Shown: in pieces, positions 54,144-64,000 of the stretch
Layout of the letters: every line of letters starts with the position of its first letter
Numbering within the stretch: the stretch's first letter is position 1
Program-made: the position numbers and the translations under genes
The notes under the pieces: generated by a model
Database searches by the model: none
Told to the model about the DNA's origin: nothing
Seen by the model: only the letters and a program-made list of their open reading frames with translations
Assembly: GCA_965223005.1 (NCBI GenBank)
Contig: CBDCVK010000002.1
Location: forward strand, 448,001 to 512,000
From: Terriglobia bacterium
GTDB taxonomy: Bacteria; Acidobacteriota; Terriglobia; JAJPHL01; JAPKYU01
Direction of reading: 5' to 3'
Length of the DNA stretch: 64,000 nt

Positions 54144-54575
54144 TTACACTTTGGCGATCAACTTGATCTCGATCAGTTGGTTCGGAAACGCGAGACGCGG
54201 AGTCACCAGTATGGTGCTCGCCACGACGGGCGTGCCGGAATAAGCTTCCTCCCGGACCTTTCCCACTACGGCGAAAGCAGCATCCATGTCCCTCACGTAC
54301 ACGACTTCATCGACCGCATTGTCCAGCGTTGCGCCATACTGCGCGAGCACCTTCTTGGCGTTGACGTAGCTTTGGCGCATCTGGGTCTCCATGTTCCCGT
54401 AGTCGGTGATATTTCCTTTGTCGTCAACTGGCGCCGGGCCGACCATATTCCCCTTGTCGTCGTGGCTCAGCTGCCCGGATACATAGATGGTGTCCCCAAC
54501 TTTCACAGCCTGCGAGTAGCCGTACCCCTTCTCCCACGGCATGCCTAACCCTTTTGCGTCTTTGCGGATTGTCAC
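54144..54575 (-). CDS. RidA/YjgF family protein
   Basis: GYSQAVKVGDTIYVSGQ, LIEIK; GTG after AAGGAGG. Confidence 0.88.
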   Translation of the reverse strand: MTIRKDAKGLGMPWEKGYGYSQAVKVGDTIYVSGQLSHDDKGNMVGPAPVDDKGNITDYGNMETQMRQSYVNAKKVLAQYGATLDNAVDEVVYVRDMDAAFAVVGKVREEAYSGTPVVASTILVTPRLAFPNQLIEIKLIAKV

Positions 54576-54630
54576 AGCTCCTCCTTTGGCATAAGCGTAA
54601 GTTCCAACCACGCTCTTAGCTCTTATAGAC

Positions 54631-55902
54631 TCAGTGGATGGTGCGGGTCTTGCGCGACATGTAATCCATCAGCAGGTACTGGCCCAGGTTGAAGGGGGTG
54701 GTGAAGTAGGCTTTGCCGCGGCAGATTTCTGTAACCTTGCGCACGAAATTCACCAAGCCGTAGTCGCTGGCCAGCATGAAGGTGTTAATCAGGATTCCAC
54801 CACGCCGGCACTTGGCCACTTCTTTCAATGTCTCGCTGACCACCAGGGGGTCCAGGCCAAAGGCATTCTTGTAGATGCGCCCGTCTTCCAATGTCAGCGC
54901 CGACGGCTTGCCGTCGGTGATCATGATGATTTGGCGCATGTCCTTGCCCTGGCGGGCCAGCAGGCGCTGGGACAGGCGCAGGCCCTCGCGGGTGTTGGTG
55001 TAATGAGGTCCCACCTGCACGCGGGCCAGTTGGGTCAGGGGTACTTCCTCGGCCGAGTCGTGGAACAGCACTAACTGCAGACTGTCACCGGAATATTGCA
55101 TGCGAATCAGGTGCGCCAGCGCCAGGGTCACCTGCTTGGCAGGAGTGAAGCGGTCCTCGCCGTAGAGGATCATGCTGTGGCTGCAGTCCAGCATCAGCAC
55201 AGTGGCGCAAGAGGACTGGTACTCGGCCTGCTGGACCTGCAGATCCGGGTAATCCAGGTCCAACGGCAGCTTCATCCCGGCGCGCTTCATGGCGCTGAAC
55301 AGGGTTCCGCTGATGTCCAGATTGAGCGTGTCGCCAAACTCATAGGGTTTCGAGGCCCCACAGGCTTCGATGCCGGTAGCCAGATCGCGCGTGTCGTGAC
55401 GACCGAAGCTGGATTTGCCCAGCGAGGCGAGCAGGTCTTTCAGGGTGCGGTAGCCGAGGAAGTCCAGGCTCTTGTCGGTCAGTTCAAACTTGACCTGGGA
55501 CTGAGAGTCCATGTGGCCGGCGGCGTTGGACATCTGTGTGAGCGGCTGATTGGGAGATTGCTCGGGGTCGAAAGGCTCACTGACGGTGATGTAGCCTTCT
55601 TGCTGGAGCCGCTCGGCAAGTTGCTCCACCAACTGCTGCATCTGTTCCGGCGTCATGTTCTCCAGCCGCTCCATCCACTCCTGGAGCTGGTCGTCGGAGA
55701 AGGCGCCGCCGCTCTCGAGCGCTTCCCGGATGGCCTCCTTGAGCTGATCCATCGAGCGCTCCGAATCGTTCTCGAAGCCGTAGTAATTCTGCATCTGGAA
55801 GCCGCTTTGTAGCAGGAAGCCGGCCAGCGCTTTCATCAGACTGTCGAGGTCAATGCCCTCCAGTTCCTCCCCGGTGAATTTCGAGTACTTGATAAATTTC
55901 AT
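54631..55902 (-). CDS. VWA domain protein
   Basis: MIDAS DCSHS, YTNT, ITDGKPS. Confidence 0.9.
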   Translation of the reverse strand: MKFIKYSKFTGEELEGIDLDSLMKALAGFLLQSGFQMQNYYGFENDSERSMDQLKEAIREALESGGAFSDDQLQEWMERLENMTPEQMQQLVEQLAERLQQEGYITVSEPFDPEQSPNQPLTQMSNAAGHMDSQSQVKFELTDKSLDFLGYRTLKDLLASLGKSSFGRHDTRDLATGIEACGASKPYEFGDTLNLDISGTLFSAMKRAGMKLPLDLDYPDLQVQQAEYQSSCATVLMLDCSHSMILYGEDRFTPAKQVTLALAHLIRMQYSGDSLQLVLFHDSAEEVPLTQLARVQVGPHYTNTREGLRLSQRLLARQGKDMRQIIMITDGKPSALTLEDGRIYKNAFGLDPLVVSETLKEVAKCRRGGILINTFMLASDYGLVNFVRKVTEICRGKAYFTTPFNLGQYLLMDYMSRKTRTIH

Positions 55903-55961
55903 AGGCTGCTAGAAATCTGCGTCGGCTAAAGAATCCCCGGGCAACCCCCTAAATTCGCAAT

Positions 55962-57431
55962 TCAGTTATAGGGCTTGCGGTAGCGGCTGCTGAAATCCTG
56001 GCGCGTCGGCATTTCCTGCTTCCTCTCCTCCGCCACGTAACCGCGCTCTTCTGAGCGGCTGATGCGGCGTTGGGCGTAGAGGCCTTCCAGCAAGAATTCG
56101 GCAGCCGAAACTGCCAGCGCCGGATCCTTCTTGGGCCGGATGCCCAGGGCGGCCACCCGCTCCAGCAGGCCCTGAATGGAACGGAGCTGCGGCAAGACCT
56201 CGCCTGTCGGTGCCGTTTCCGTAATCTTCAGCGTTCCCCCCAAATCGAACCACTGGACGATCTGTTGCATGTCGGCGCCTTCGAAGTATCGCCCGTAGAC
56301 CTTGCTGACGGCGGCGCGGATCAGATCGCGCGCCATTTGCTCGGCGCCCTTCAGTTCGCCCTCATACTCCAGCTCCAGTTTTCCGGTGAGAGCGGGCAAG
56401 GCGGCATAGATATCGCAGATCCGAGGCAAGGTGCGGGCTTCGCCGTTGCGGATGGCGCGCCGTTCGGCGTTGGAAACGACGTTTTCCAGGTAGGTGATGG
56501 GTATGCGTTGAGATACCCCGGAACGCTGGTCAATCCTCTTGTCGCCGCGTGCCTGGAAAGCAATCTCCTCCACGATCTCGCGGATATAGTGCGGGACGTG
56601 CAGGGGCATCCCGTCGCGCTCGGTGAAGGACTCCTGGGCGGTGATAGCCATGCCGTGGTCCAGGCTGGCCGGGTAGTGGGTACGGATCTCCGACCCGATG
56701 CGGTCTTTCAACGGGGTGACGATCTTGCCGCGTGCCGTGTAGTCCTCCGGATTGGCGCTAAACACCAACAGCACGTCCAGCGGAAGGCGCACTGGGTAGC
56801 CTTTGATCTGAACGTCGCCCTCTTCCATGATGTTGAACAGGCCCACCTGGATCTTGCCGGCCAGATCCGGCAGCTCGTTGATGGCGAAGATGCAGCGGTT
56901 GGCGCGGGGGAGCAGGCCGTAGTGAATGGTCAGCTCGTCGGAGAGCTGGTGGCCGCCGCGGGCTGCCTTGATGGGGTCTACGTCGCCGATCATGTCGGCG
57001 ATGGTGACATCAGGGGTCGCCAGCTTCTCCACGAACCGTTGCTCGCTGCCCAGCCAGGTCAGGGGGGTCTGGTCCCCCAGTTCATGAATTTTCTGGCGGC
57101 AGGCGCGGCAGATGGGCCGGGAGGGACTGTCGTTGATCTCGCAGCCGGCCACGACGGGGATTTCCTCCTCCAGTAATCCTGTCAAGGCCCGCAGGAGGCG
57201 GCTCTTGGCCTGTCCACGCAGGCCGAGCAGGATGAAATTGTGCCGGGAGAGAATGGCGTTGGCCAGCTGGGGTAGGACGGAATCTTCATACCCAATGATG
57301 CCGGGAAACAACGGAACCTTGCGCTTGACCTTGCAGATCAAGTTCTCTCGCATCTCGTCCTTCACGGAGCGCGGTTGCGCTTGCCAGTATTCGCTGCGGC
57401 GCAGTTCCCCCAGAGTCGTCGGTTTCTTCAT
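55962..57431 (-). CDS. Mg-chelatase I-like AAA+ ATPase
   Basis: GLRGQAKS, EKLATPD, AINELPDL, ANPEDYT.RG.I.TPLKDR. Confidence 0.88.
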   Translation of the reverse strand: MKKPTTLGELRRSEYWQAQPRSVKDEMRENLICKVKRKVPLFPGIIGYEDSVLPQLANAILSRHNFILLGLRGQAKSRLLRALTGLLEEEIPVVAGCEINDSPSRPICRACRQKIHELGDQTPLTWLGSEQRFVEKLATPDVTIADMIGDVDPIKAARGGHQLSDELTIHYGLLPRANRCIFAINELPDLAGKIQVGLFNIMEEGDVQIKGYPVRLPLDVLLVFSANPEDYTARGKIVTPLKDRIGSEIRTHYPASLDHGMAITAQESFTERDGMPLHVPHYIREIVEEIAFQARGDKRIDQRSGVSQRIPITYLENVVSNAERRAIRNGEARTLPRICDIYAALPALTGKLELEYEGELKGAEQMARDLIRAAVSKVYGRYFEGADMQQIVQWFDLGGTLKITETAPTGEVLPQLRSIQGLLERVAALGIRPKKDPALAVSAAEFLLEGLYAQRRISRSEERGYVAEERKQEMPTRQDFSSRYRKPYN

Positions 57432-57566
57432 GGTGCGATGGCTCCCCCGAAACTTCCAGCGTGGGCGAAAAAAATCCTCCCGTAGTCCGATTCCTGTACA
57501 AAAATTTGATTATAACAGCAGGACACCTTCGACGTTTCCAGAGATTCCTGAAGCCATGCCGTGCAG

Positions 57567-58199
57567 CTATTGGCAATGGCCGTTGCCTCCAGACTTCGTG
57601 CGCACCCAGCCGGCCCGGCGCAGTTGGGAGGGCAAGCGCTCGAAGTATTGCGCCATTCGTTCCAGCCGCTGAGTCTCTGAACGCAGCGCGAGCAACGACT
57701 GCTTGAAATCCAGTTCGAGCGGGAGCGGGCCCGTCAGGCGAAACGACAGTGGCGCCAGATCGGCCTCGGCGCTCGGCGCTTCATGCTCTTGCTCACGATC
57801 GGGGAGCAATTCAACCACTTGTCGGTGGAGTTCCAGTACGCGATTGCGCAGGACATCGGCCGCCGAACTGTCTTCATCCTGGAAGAACTGGGGCGCGCCG
57901 CGCAGGTACTCCTTACTCTGGTCTACGAACAGCACCTCGAAGCGGCGCCTGCCTTCGGTGAGGATGTCCATGCGGCCGTCGGCGTAGGAGCGGACGAGCT
58001 CGACCACCTCGGCGGTGCAGCCCACCTTGGCAATGCCATTCGGCTTGGCCAGGACAACGCCGAATTCCCGCTGCTCCTTCGCCGCCAGGTACTCGCGGAT
58101 CATGACCTTATAGCGCTCCTCAAAGATATGCAGCGGAAGCGGCTGTCCGGGAAACAACACCACCTCCAGCGGGAATAGCGGGATCAGCGAGTCCTGCAT
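57567..58199 (-). CDS. Stand-alone Lon substrate-binding domain protein
   Basis: PLFPL.VVLFPG..LPLHIFEERY; no ATPase or protease domain. Confidence 0.9.
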   Translation of the reverse strand: MQDSLIPLFPLEVVLFPGQPLPLHIFEERYKVMIREYLAAKEQREFGVVLAKPNGIAKVGCTAEVVELVRSYADGRMDILTEGRRRFEVLFVDQSKEYLRGAPQFFQDEDSSAADVLRNRVLELHRQVVELLPDREQEHEAPSAEADLAPLSFRLTGPLPLELDFKQSLLALRSETQRLERMAQYFERLPSQLRRAGWVRTKSGGNGHCQ

Positions 58200-58268
58200 G
58201 CCTGCTCCATGGTAACACCGGGGGTATCACCGGGCGCGGAGCACCGCAGTTGAGGCAAAATAGACGAC

Positions 58269-59054
58269 ATGGAATTAGCAGAGCGGGTGGTGTTGATTAC
58301 GGGAGCCTCGATGGGGATCGGCGAAGCGCTGGCCCGCGCCTACGCCGACGAAGGAGCGCAGCTGGTGCTGGCGGCCCGCTCGGCCGAGCGGCTCGAGCAG
58401 GTGGTCTCCACGTTGCCACAAGGACGGGCGCTGGCCGTGCCCACCGACCTGACGGATCCTCGCCAGATCGCTGAGCTCGTGGACCGCGGCCTGCAGCGCT
58501 TCGGCCGCGTCGACGTCCTGGTGAACAACGCTGGTGTGGGATTATTCTCGACGCTGAGTGACATGGACCGAGTGCAGTTCCAGCGCCTGTTTGCGCTCAA
58601 CGTATTTGCGCCCATCCACCTGATCCAAACCGTACTGCCTCAGATGAAGTACCGGCGTCAGGGGCAGATCGTCAACGTCTCCTCGGTCTTGGGGTATGTG
58701 GCAATGCCGGCCATGGGCGCCTATGCGGCTAGCAAGTTCTCGTTGCGGGCCTTGACCGATGCGCTGCGCGTGGAGGTGAAACCCTTCGGCATCCACGTGC
58801 TGGGCGTCTATCCCGGCCGGATCCGCACTCCATTCGCTGACAATGCTTACTGGGGTACGGTGCCGCGGGGGTATCGCAGCCGGAGGGGGGGCATCTCGGC
58901 CGAGCGTTGTGCGCGAGCCATCGTGGCGGCTTCCCGCAAGGAGAAGCGGGAAATCATGGTGCCGGGCGCGAAAATGCGCGCCTTCGTTAGTTTTTCTCGC
59001 TGGTTTCCCGGCACCACCGACCGGCTGCTGGCCAGGATGTTCCGTGATTCCTAG
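58269..59054 (+). CDS. SDR family oxidoreductase
   Basis: TGASMGIG, NNAG, YAASK. Confidence 0.93.
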   Translation: MELAERVVLITGASMGIGEALARAYADEGAQLVLAARSAERLEQVVSTLPQGRALAVPTDLTDPRQIAELVDRGLQRFGRVDVLVNNAGVGLFSTLSDMDRVQFQRLFALNVFAPIHLIQTVLPQMKYRRQGQIVNVSSVLGYVAMPAMGAYAASKFSLRALTDALRVEVKPFGIHVLGVYPGRIRTPFADNAYWGTVPRGYRSRRGGISAERCARAIVAASRKEKREIMVPGAKMRAFVSFSRWFPGTTDRLLARMFRDS

Positions 59055-59073
59055 GAGAGGATGTGGGTGGGAC

Positions 59074-59442
59074 CTAGCCCGAGCCAGCGGGTCGGTTTAA
59101 CCGCTGTAGGAGTTCGTCCAGTGCCGCCTGCATCTCGGAGCCTGCATGCTGGTTCCCCGTGCGACCGCAAACCTCGATACCGCGCTGGTACATCTGGCGC
59201 GCCTCTTCCAGGCGCTCCAAAGTCTCCAGAGCCCGGCCGCCGTGGAAGTAGGCTGCCTCATAGTCCGGGCTGACCTCCAGCAATCGGCCAAACTCCGCGA
59301 TGGCTTCCTGGAGGCACCCTGTGTTCGCGTACTCCTGGGCCAGGCCATAGCGCAGGAAAGTATTTTGCGGGTCTTGCGCGGCCATCTCCTGCAACCGTTC
59401 CAGTCGCGTTTTCGTGATCGGGGGTTCTGGCTTTGAACTCAT
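59074..59442 (-). CDS. Small TPR protein
   Basis: RYGLAQEY, PDY.AAYFHGG..LE. Confidence 0.8.
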   Translation of the reverse strand: MSSKPEPPITKTRLERLQEMAAQDPQNTFLRYGLAQEYANTGCLQEAIAEFGRLLEVSPDYEAAYFHGGRALETLERLEEARQMYQRGIEVCGRTGNQHAGSEMQAALDELLQRLNRPAGSG

Positions 59443-59577
59443 GGGCCAGCCAGCATATCATACCCGCCTCAGGGCCCGCTCCAGGGTCAACGTGCGGTGG
59501 CTGGCAGCAAGGGCCACTCAGGCTTGTGACTTTCGACTTTGGGCGACTTTGGCAACTTTGGACGATAGAGCAGTCTG

Positions 59578-60018
59578 ATGGCTTGCCCGTTCTTCTATCC
59601 GACCGAGCCTGTAGTTGGGCAACACTTAGTTGAGCAGCAGTGGCGAACTGATCGGCCCATGCCGCTCGGTGATCTCTTCCGCGGGGAGTGTCGCGCCAAA
59701 GCCGTGCCTTATCATCCCAAGGCCGAGGAACTGAAGAACCTGTGCAACCTGGGCTACGTGCGCGGCAAATGCCCGCGCTTTCCCCAGGGCTGCCAGGTTG
59801 ACGCAGCGCGGTTTGCTCTGAACCGGGACACGCCCGACCGCGTGGCGATCACCTACGTACAGGAGCGTGACTACCGCCCCTTCAGCCACGGTACGCTGGA
59901 GTACTTGACGGCCCGGCAGGGCTGGGCGACACTTCCTGCCGACCGCAACCTTCGCCGGCAAGCGCTGGTATACCTGGGTGCTTACCGGAGGCGCAAAGCT
60001 TCAGCGGCCAGCGGTTGA
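59578..60018 (+). CDS. Cys-rich hypothetical protein
   Basis: MACPFF, GEC, CNLGY..GKCPRFP. Confidence 0.65.
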   Translation: MACPFFYPTEPVVGQHLVEQQWRTDRPMPLGDLFRGECRAKAVPYHPKAEELKNLCNLGYVRGKCPRFPQGCQVDAARFALNRDTPDRVAITYVQERDYRPFSHGTLEYLTARQGWATLPADRNLRRQALVYLGAYRRRKASAASG

Positions 60019-60096
60019 TGTCGGGACAGGTGGTCCAACCAATAGTCTGGTCTGGCGGGGCTGACCGGAACTGAGAGAAACGGAAATTCCTTGGCT

Positions 60097-60573
60097 ATGC
60101 AAGAAGGCAAGCCAGTTTGCGAGTCCCAGACAGAGATGGTGGAGATGGTGCTGCCCAACGACGCCAATCCGTTGGGAGACATCTTGGGAGGCAAGGTTCT
60201 CCACTTGGTAGACATCGCGGCAGCGATCGCCGCCCACCGCCACTCCCGCAGCTACGTAGTCACCGCGTCGCTGGACCACGTGGATTTCCGCCATCCGATC
60301 CGGGTCGGCGAGCTGGTCCTGCTGAAAGCCTCCGTGAACCGCGTCTTTCGCAGCTCGATGGAAGTAGGCGTAAAAGTGTTCAGCGAGAACCCGCTAACCG
60401 GAGAGCGCCGGCCGACCAGCTCGGCCTACGCGACGATGGTGGCTTTGGACAGGGAAGGGAAGCCGACGGCCATCCCGCCGGTGATTCCCGAAACCGAGGA
60501 ACAAAAGCGGCGTTACCAGCAAGCTGAAGCTCGCCGCCGCTACCGGCTGGAGCAGCGGGACAGGCAGAGCTAG
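60097..60573 (+). CDS. Hotdog acyl-CoA thioesterase (YciA-like)
   Basis: PNDANPLG...GG, VVTAS.D, SSMEVGV. Confidence 0.92.
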   Translation: MQEGKPVCESQTEMVEMVLPNDANPLGDILGGKVLHLVDIAAAIAAHRHSRSYVVTASLDHVDFRHPIRVGELVLLKASVNRVFRSSMEVGVKVFSENPLTGERRPTSSAYATMVALDREGKPTAIPPVIPETEEQKRRYQQAEARRRYRLEQRDRQS

Positions 60574-60623
60574 CCCTAAGCGAACAGGGAACAGGCTCCG
60601 CCAGGTCACCAGACGAATGCCGT

Positions 60624-60947
60624 TTAGGCGCCTGTATTTTCTTCCGTGTTGTTCTGCTGATCTTGCTCCTTGAAGAGATACTTGATGGTCGGCTTGTAGA
60701 TGAGCAGGTTCGGTCCCGTCACTCGATTCACTTTAATGCAGTTCTTGTCGTACCACTCGATCACACCTCGAATCTGTTCGCCGTCTTGCAACACGACCAC
60801 CATTGATGTGTGGGCCTGCATTTGCTTGACATAGTAAAAATTTTCAGCGTTGGTGGTTTCCGGAGGCGTGGGCTTCTTGCGCAGGGGGCGGGCCGGAGAC
60901 TGCTCCTTGATCTCCGTCAGGGATGGGCGGATAAGTTTGCGATTCAC
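60624..60947 (-). CDS. Hfq-like Sm-fold protein (atypical paralog)
   Basis: [29 protein letters not shown]. Confidence 0.7.
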   Translation of the reverse strand: MNRKLIRPSLTEIKEQSPARPLRKKPTPPETTNAENFYYVKQMQAHTSMVVVLQDGEQIRGVIEWYDKNCIKVNRVTGPNLLIYKPTIKYLFKEQDQQNNTEENTGA

Positions 60948-61116
60948 CCTATTGCTCCTTGCTGGTTTTCTTTTGCACTCCGCATCCCGCCACTGACCGG
61001 CTCGGAGGGGACCAACCCGGACTCCATACTAGATTGCAGAACTTGGGATGTCGTTAAAGCCAACCTATCACAGTGGGCCGCCGCCGTGCAACAGGAACGA
61101 GTCGCGGCGCCGCAGC

Positions 61117-62235
61117 TCACAGACCTGTCCGCTCCCGGCGGAGCGATACCGCCAATGCTTCCAGGGCTACCTGCTTGTTAATGTTTCTGCGGAGCAGGCG
61201 ATCCAGGCGATCCAGCCGCCCTGTGGCCCGCCTGACCCACTCCCAGTCCACCTGGCGCGCGATCCCAGCCAGTTCTTTCTCCAGATCCAGGTTGCGCAGA
61301 GGGCGACTCGGAACTCCGGTTTCCCGGCTCACGACGAGGTACAAAACGTCGTGGAACAGACTATAAAAGAGGCCCAGCAGTTTTTCAAGTTTTTCTTCCC
61401 GGGCTTGCGCCAGGCTTCGTGTGCGCGCGAACAAGCCGCCGAAGTTGCGGCGTTCGAACCCGTCGCGGACAAGTGCCAGCAGTTCTCCGCGCAGCCGCCG
61501 CGATTCCTCCAGATCCATCCGGCCGGCAATCCCGGGGCTGCCCTCGGAGAGCCGGGCCGCCAGCCGTTTCTCGGCCGGGCTCCACGGCACCGCCTCCAGC
61601 AGCCGCTCCACCTCCTCGCTGCCGAGCGGCGCCAGATGCAGGGGAAAGGCCCGCGACCGCACCGTCGGGAGCAGCTGGAAGTAGGAGATTGCAGTCAGCA
61701 GCAGCAGAGTATCGGCCGGCGGCTCTTCCAGGATTTTCAGCATGGCGCTGGCTGCAACTTCGTCGGTGCGGTCGACATTGTCCAAAATGAACACGCGCTG
61801 CCGTGCCCGGGAAGGCCGATATTGCGCCAGGGCGATCATCCGGCGCACCTGGTGGATGGAGATTTGCTGCGTCTTGCCGTCCGGCGGCAGCACGAAGATG
61901 TCCGGGTGAGTACTCAGCAGCAGCGGGTTCTCTTTGCGTTCCTGCAGCGACAGCCGCGGCCGTTCGGCCACGATTTTGCCCAACTCAGGGTGGTCCTCGT
62001 AAGTTTCCAGTTCAGCAATGGCCTTGCAATTCCAGCATTCGCCGCAAAAGTCGGCCCGGTCGTAGGCGGCTTCATCCAAGCAGTTGATCGTCCGCGCCAC
62101 CATGGTCGCCATCGTGTGCTTGCCCACGCCGGGCGGACCCGCTAGGGTCAAGCTGTGGGGTAGCCGTCGGCTGCGGATCATCCGCCGCACGGAGGCCACG
62201 ATGGCGGTGTTACCACGAAAGCGTTCCCAACCCAT
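61117..62235 (-). CDS. holB: DNA polymerase III delta' subunit
   Basis: GPPGVGK, CGECWNC, HPD, LKILEEPP, LLPTVRSR; downstream of tmk. Confidence 0.9.
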   Translation of the reverse strand: MGWERFRGNTAIVASVRRMIRSRRLPHSLTLAGPPGVGKHTMATMVARTINCLDEAAYDRADFCGECWNCKAIAELETYEDHPELGKIVAERPRLSLQERKENPLLLSTHPDIFVLPPDGKTQQISIHQVRRMIALAQYRPSRARQRVFILDNVDRTDEVAASAMLKILEEPPADTLLLLTAISYFQLLPTVRSRAFPLHLAPLGSEEVERLLEAVPWSPAEKRLAARLSEGSPGIAGRMDLEESRRLRGELLALVRDGFERRNFGGLFARTRSLAQAREEKLEKLLGLFYSLFHDVLYLVVSRETGVPSRPLRNLDLEKELAGIARQVDWEWVRRATGRLDRLDRLLRRNINKQVALEALAVSLRRERTGL

Positions 62236-62352
62236 CTCAGTGACTTCGGATTTCGGATTTCGGATCTACGATTGAAGAACACCTGCAGGTGGAAGATCAG
62301 CCCCCAACGCCGTCAGTTCCAAGACACAACGCCCGAGCCGGTTTCACACCTT

Positions 62353-63018
62353 TCAATCTGAAATTCCTAGCAGCCGCCTCGCCCGCTGCCAGATGTCAGC
62401 GTGAATCGCCTGGGGGGTGCGCTCGCCGTGGACCACCACCACGCGGCCGGATTCGCGGGCGGCGATGTCCAGGTAGCCGCGGCGGACGCGCTCAAAAAAC
62501 TCCGGGTTTTCTTGTTCGAACCGGCTCTCATCTTGCTGGCCGGCCGCCGTGCTGCTTCGATTTCGCTCCAGCGCCCGCGCCACACTCGTGCCGGGCTCGA
62601 TGTCCAGCAGAAAGGTCAGGTCGGGCTTCAGGCCGCCGCAGGCAATCCGCTCCACCTCGGAGACCAGTTCCGTGCCCAGGCCGCGCCCACACCCCTGATA
62701 AGCAGCCGAGGCATCCACGTAACGGTCACAGAGTACCACTCGCCTCGCCTCGAGCGCCGGCCGGATGATTTCGTCCAGGTTCTGCGTCCGGGAGGCGAAA
62801 TAAAGCAGCAGCTCGGCTAAAGGCGACAGGCGCGCCGTCGCTGAATCCAGCAGGATGCAACGTATGGCCGCGCCGACCGGCGTGCCTCCTGGCTCCTTTG
62901 CCGTGGTCACCGCAATGTCGTGAGCTCGAAGGCGTTCGGCCAGCATCTCCAGTTGAGTGGTCTTTCCTGAGCCGTCAATGCCTTCGAAGGTAATGAATGT
63001 ACCGCGGCTATCCGACAT
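62353..63018 (-). CDS. tmk: Thymidylate kinase
   Basis: FITFEGIDGSGKTT, CDRYVDASAAYQG, PDLTFLLD. Confidence 0.95.
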   Translation of the reverse strand: MSDSRGTFITFEGIDGSGKTTQLEMLAERLRAHDIAVTTAKEPGGTPVGAAIRCILLDSATARLSPLAELLLYFASRTQNLDEIIRPALEARRVVLCDRYVDASAAYQGCGRGLGTELVSEVERIACGGLKPDLTFLLDIEPGTSVARALERNRSSTAAGQQDESRFEQENPEFFERVRRGYLDIAARESGRVVVVHGERTPQAIHADIWQRARRLLGISD

Positions 63019-63068
63019 GGCAGAGCGCCCATCATAGCATGATAGAATTTTCGGTTTGCCGGGCAGGC

Positions 63069-63788
63069 GTGTCTTCCATCCGTGAAAACCTGGCTGCGGT
63101 ACGAGCGCGCATCGAACGCGCGCAGGAGAACGCCGGACGCGCCGGCGGGCCACGCCGGGAGGTGCTGCTGGTGGCGGTGACCAAGACCCAGCCGCCCGAG
63201 CGCATCCGCGAGGCCTATGAGGCCGGCCAGCGGCATTTCGGCGAAAATCGCATCCAGGAGTTCGAGCAGAAGCGCCCACGGCTCGAGCTCGCCGGTGCCG
63301 AGTGGCACCTGGTGGGACATCTGCAATCGAACAAAGCCCGGCGTGCGGTCCAGCTGTTCCGCGTCATTGAGACCGTGGACAGCACGCACCTGGCACACCG
63401 CTTGAACGAGGCGGTGGCGAGCGGCAGTCCGAATGCCGACGAGGTGGGCGCACTTCCGGTGTTCCTTCAGGTGAAGCTGAGCCCGGAGCTCGCGAAGGCC
63501 GGCTGTCCGGAAGAGGCACTGCCGGAACTTGCGCGTGAGGTAGCGGCGCTGCCCCACCTGGAACTGCGCGGGCTGATGACTATGCCGCCTTTCACTGAGG
63601 ATCCAGAAGCGGCACGGCCTTACTTCCGGCGGCTGCGCCAGTGGGCCGAGCGGCTGAGCCTGGAAGAGCTGTCTATGGGCATGAGCCACGACTTCGAAGT
63701 GGCAGTCGAAGAGGGAGCCACGGTGGTGCGCGTGGGCACCGCGATTTTCGGAGAAAGACCGCGACCCGCACGGCCGGCTCCGGGATGA
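63069..63788 (+). CDS. yggS: PLP homeostasis protein YggS
   Basis: VAVTK, FGENRIQE, GHLQSNK, LSMGMSHD, RVGTAIFG. Confidence 0.95.
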   Translation: MSSIRENLAAVRARIERAQENAGRAGGPRREVLLVAVTKTQPPERIREAYEAGQRHFGENRIQEFEQKRPRLELAGAEWHLVGHLQSNKARRAVQLFRVIETVDSTHLAHRLNEAVASGSPNADEVGALPVFLQVKLSPELAKAGCPEEALPELAREVAALPHLELRGLMTMPPFTEDPEAARPYFRRLRQWAERLSLEELSMGMSHDFEVAVEEGATVVRVGTAIFGERPRPARPAPG

Positions 63789-64000
63789 ACGTGATGCGGC
63801 TGCGCGTCAAAGTTCGCGCTGGCGCGCGACGCTCGAGCGTGGCGGGAAAACTGGGAGAGGAGTGGAAAATGGAGATCGCCGCGCCGGCAGTGGACGGCAA
63901 AGCCAACCGCGCACTCGTCGAGTTTCTCGCTACCATGTGGCGCGTGCCGCGCTCAGCCGTCCAGATCGTCTCCGGGCACCGTTCGCCGCATAAAGTCGTG
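63785..64000 (+). CDS. yggU: DUF167/YggU family protein, truncated by window edge
   Basis: Manual translation MNVMRLRVKVRAGA..APAVDGKANRALVEFLA..IVSGHRSPHK; ATGA overlap with yggS. Confidence 0.88.
   Translation, partial: MNVMRLRVKVRAGARRSSVAGKLGEEWKMEIAAPAVDGKANRALVEFLATMWRVPRSAVQIVSGHRSPHKVV

Overview
GC-rich bacterial chromosome segment, most likely Acidobacteriota (inferred from a TIGR03437-type C-terminal domain, SBBP and CRTAC1-like secreted proteins, and general gene content). It is mostly housekeeping: leuCD, scpAB-rluB, bfr, rarA, ribB, lon, prmC-dinB-cca, rplU-rpmA-obgE-nadD-rsfS-rlmH, cobO, accD-folC-plsC, holB-tmk, yggS-yggU. Two edge-truncated genes are absent from the ORF track: a Tat-signal enolase-superfamily gene (1-1099, minus) and yggU (63785-64000). 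One mobile element was found: a 1436-bp IS256-family element (40495-41930) with imperfect terminal inverted repeats and an 8-bp TATAGGTG target duplication, splitting an FkbM methyltransferase gene; the IS end supplies an SD plus in-frame ATG for the orphaned catalytic half. The best candidate for an undescribed system is a signalling locus at 27.9-31.5 kb: a Hanks Ser/Thr kinase-2TM-atypical class III nucleotide cyclase fusion, followed by a Zn-ribbon-receiver protein, near a frameshifted PilZ gene. Other oddities: an ECF anti-sigma with a TonB-C-like domain and matching ECF promoters at the sigma gene and lon, a degenerate GTP cyclohydrolase II domain, a HEAT/lysine-less lipoyl-fold protein, a sensor-less sigma54 activator, an Hfq-like paralog, apparent leaderless genes and many short intergenic repeats. 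No rRNA, tRNA or CRISPR array was recognised. All family calls are by-eye motif recognition; no database search was run.
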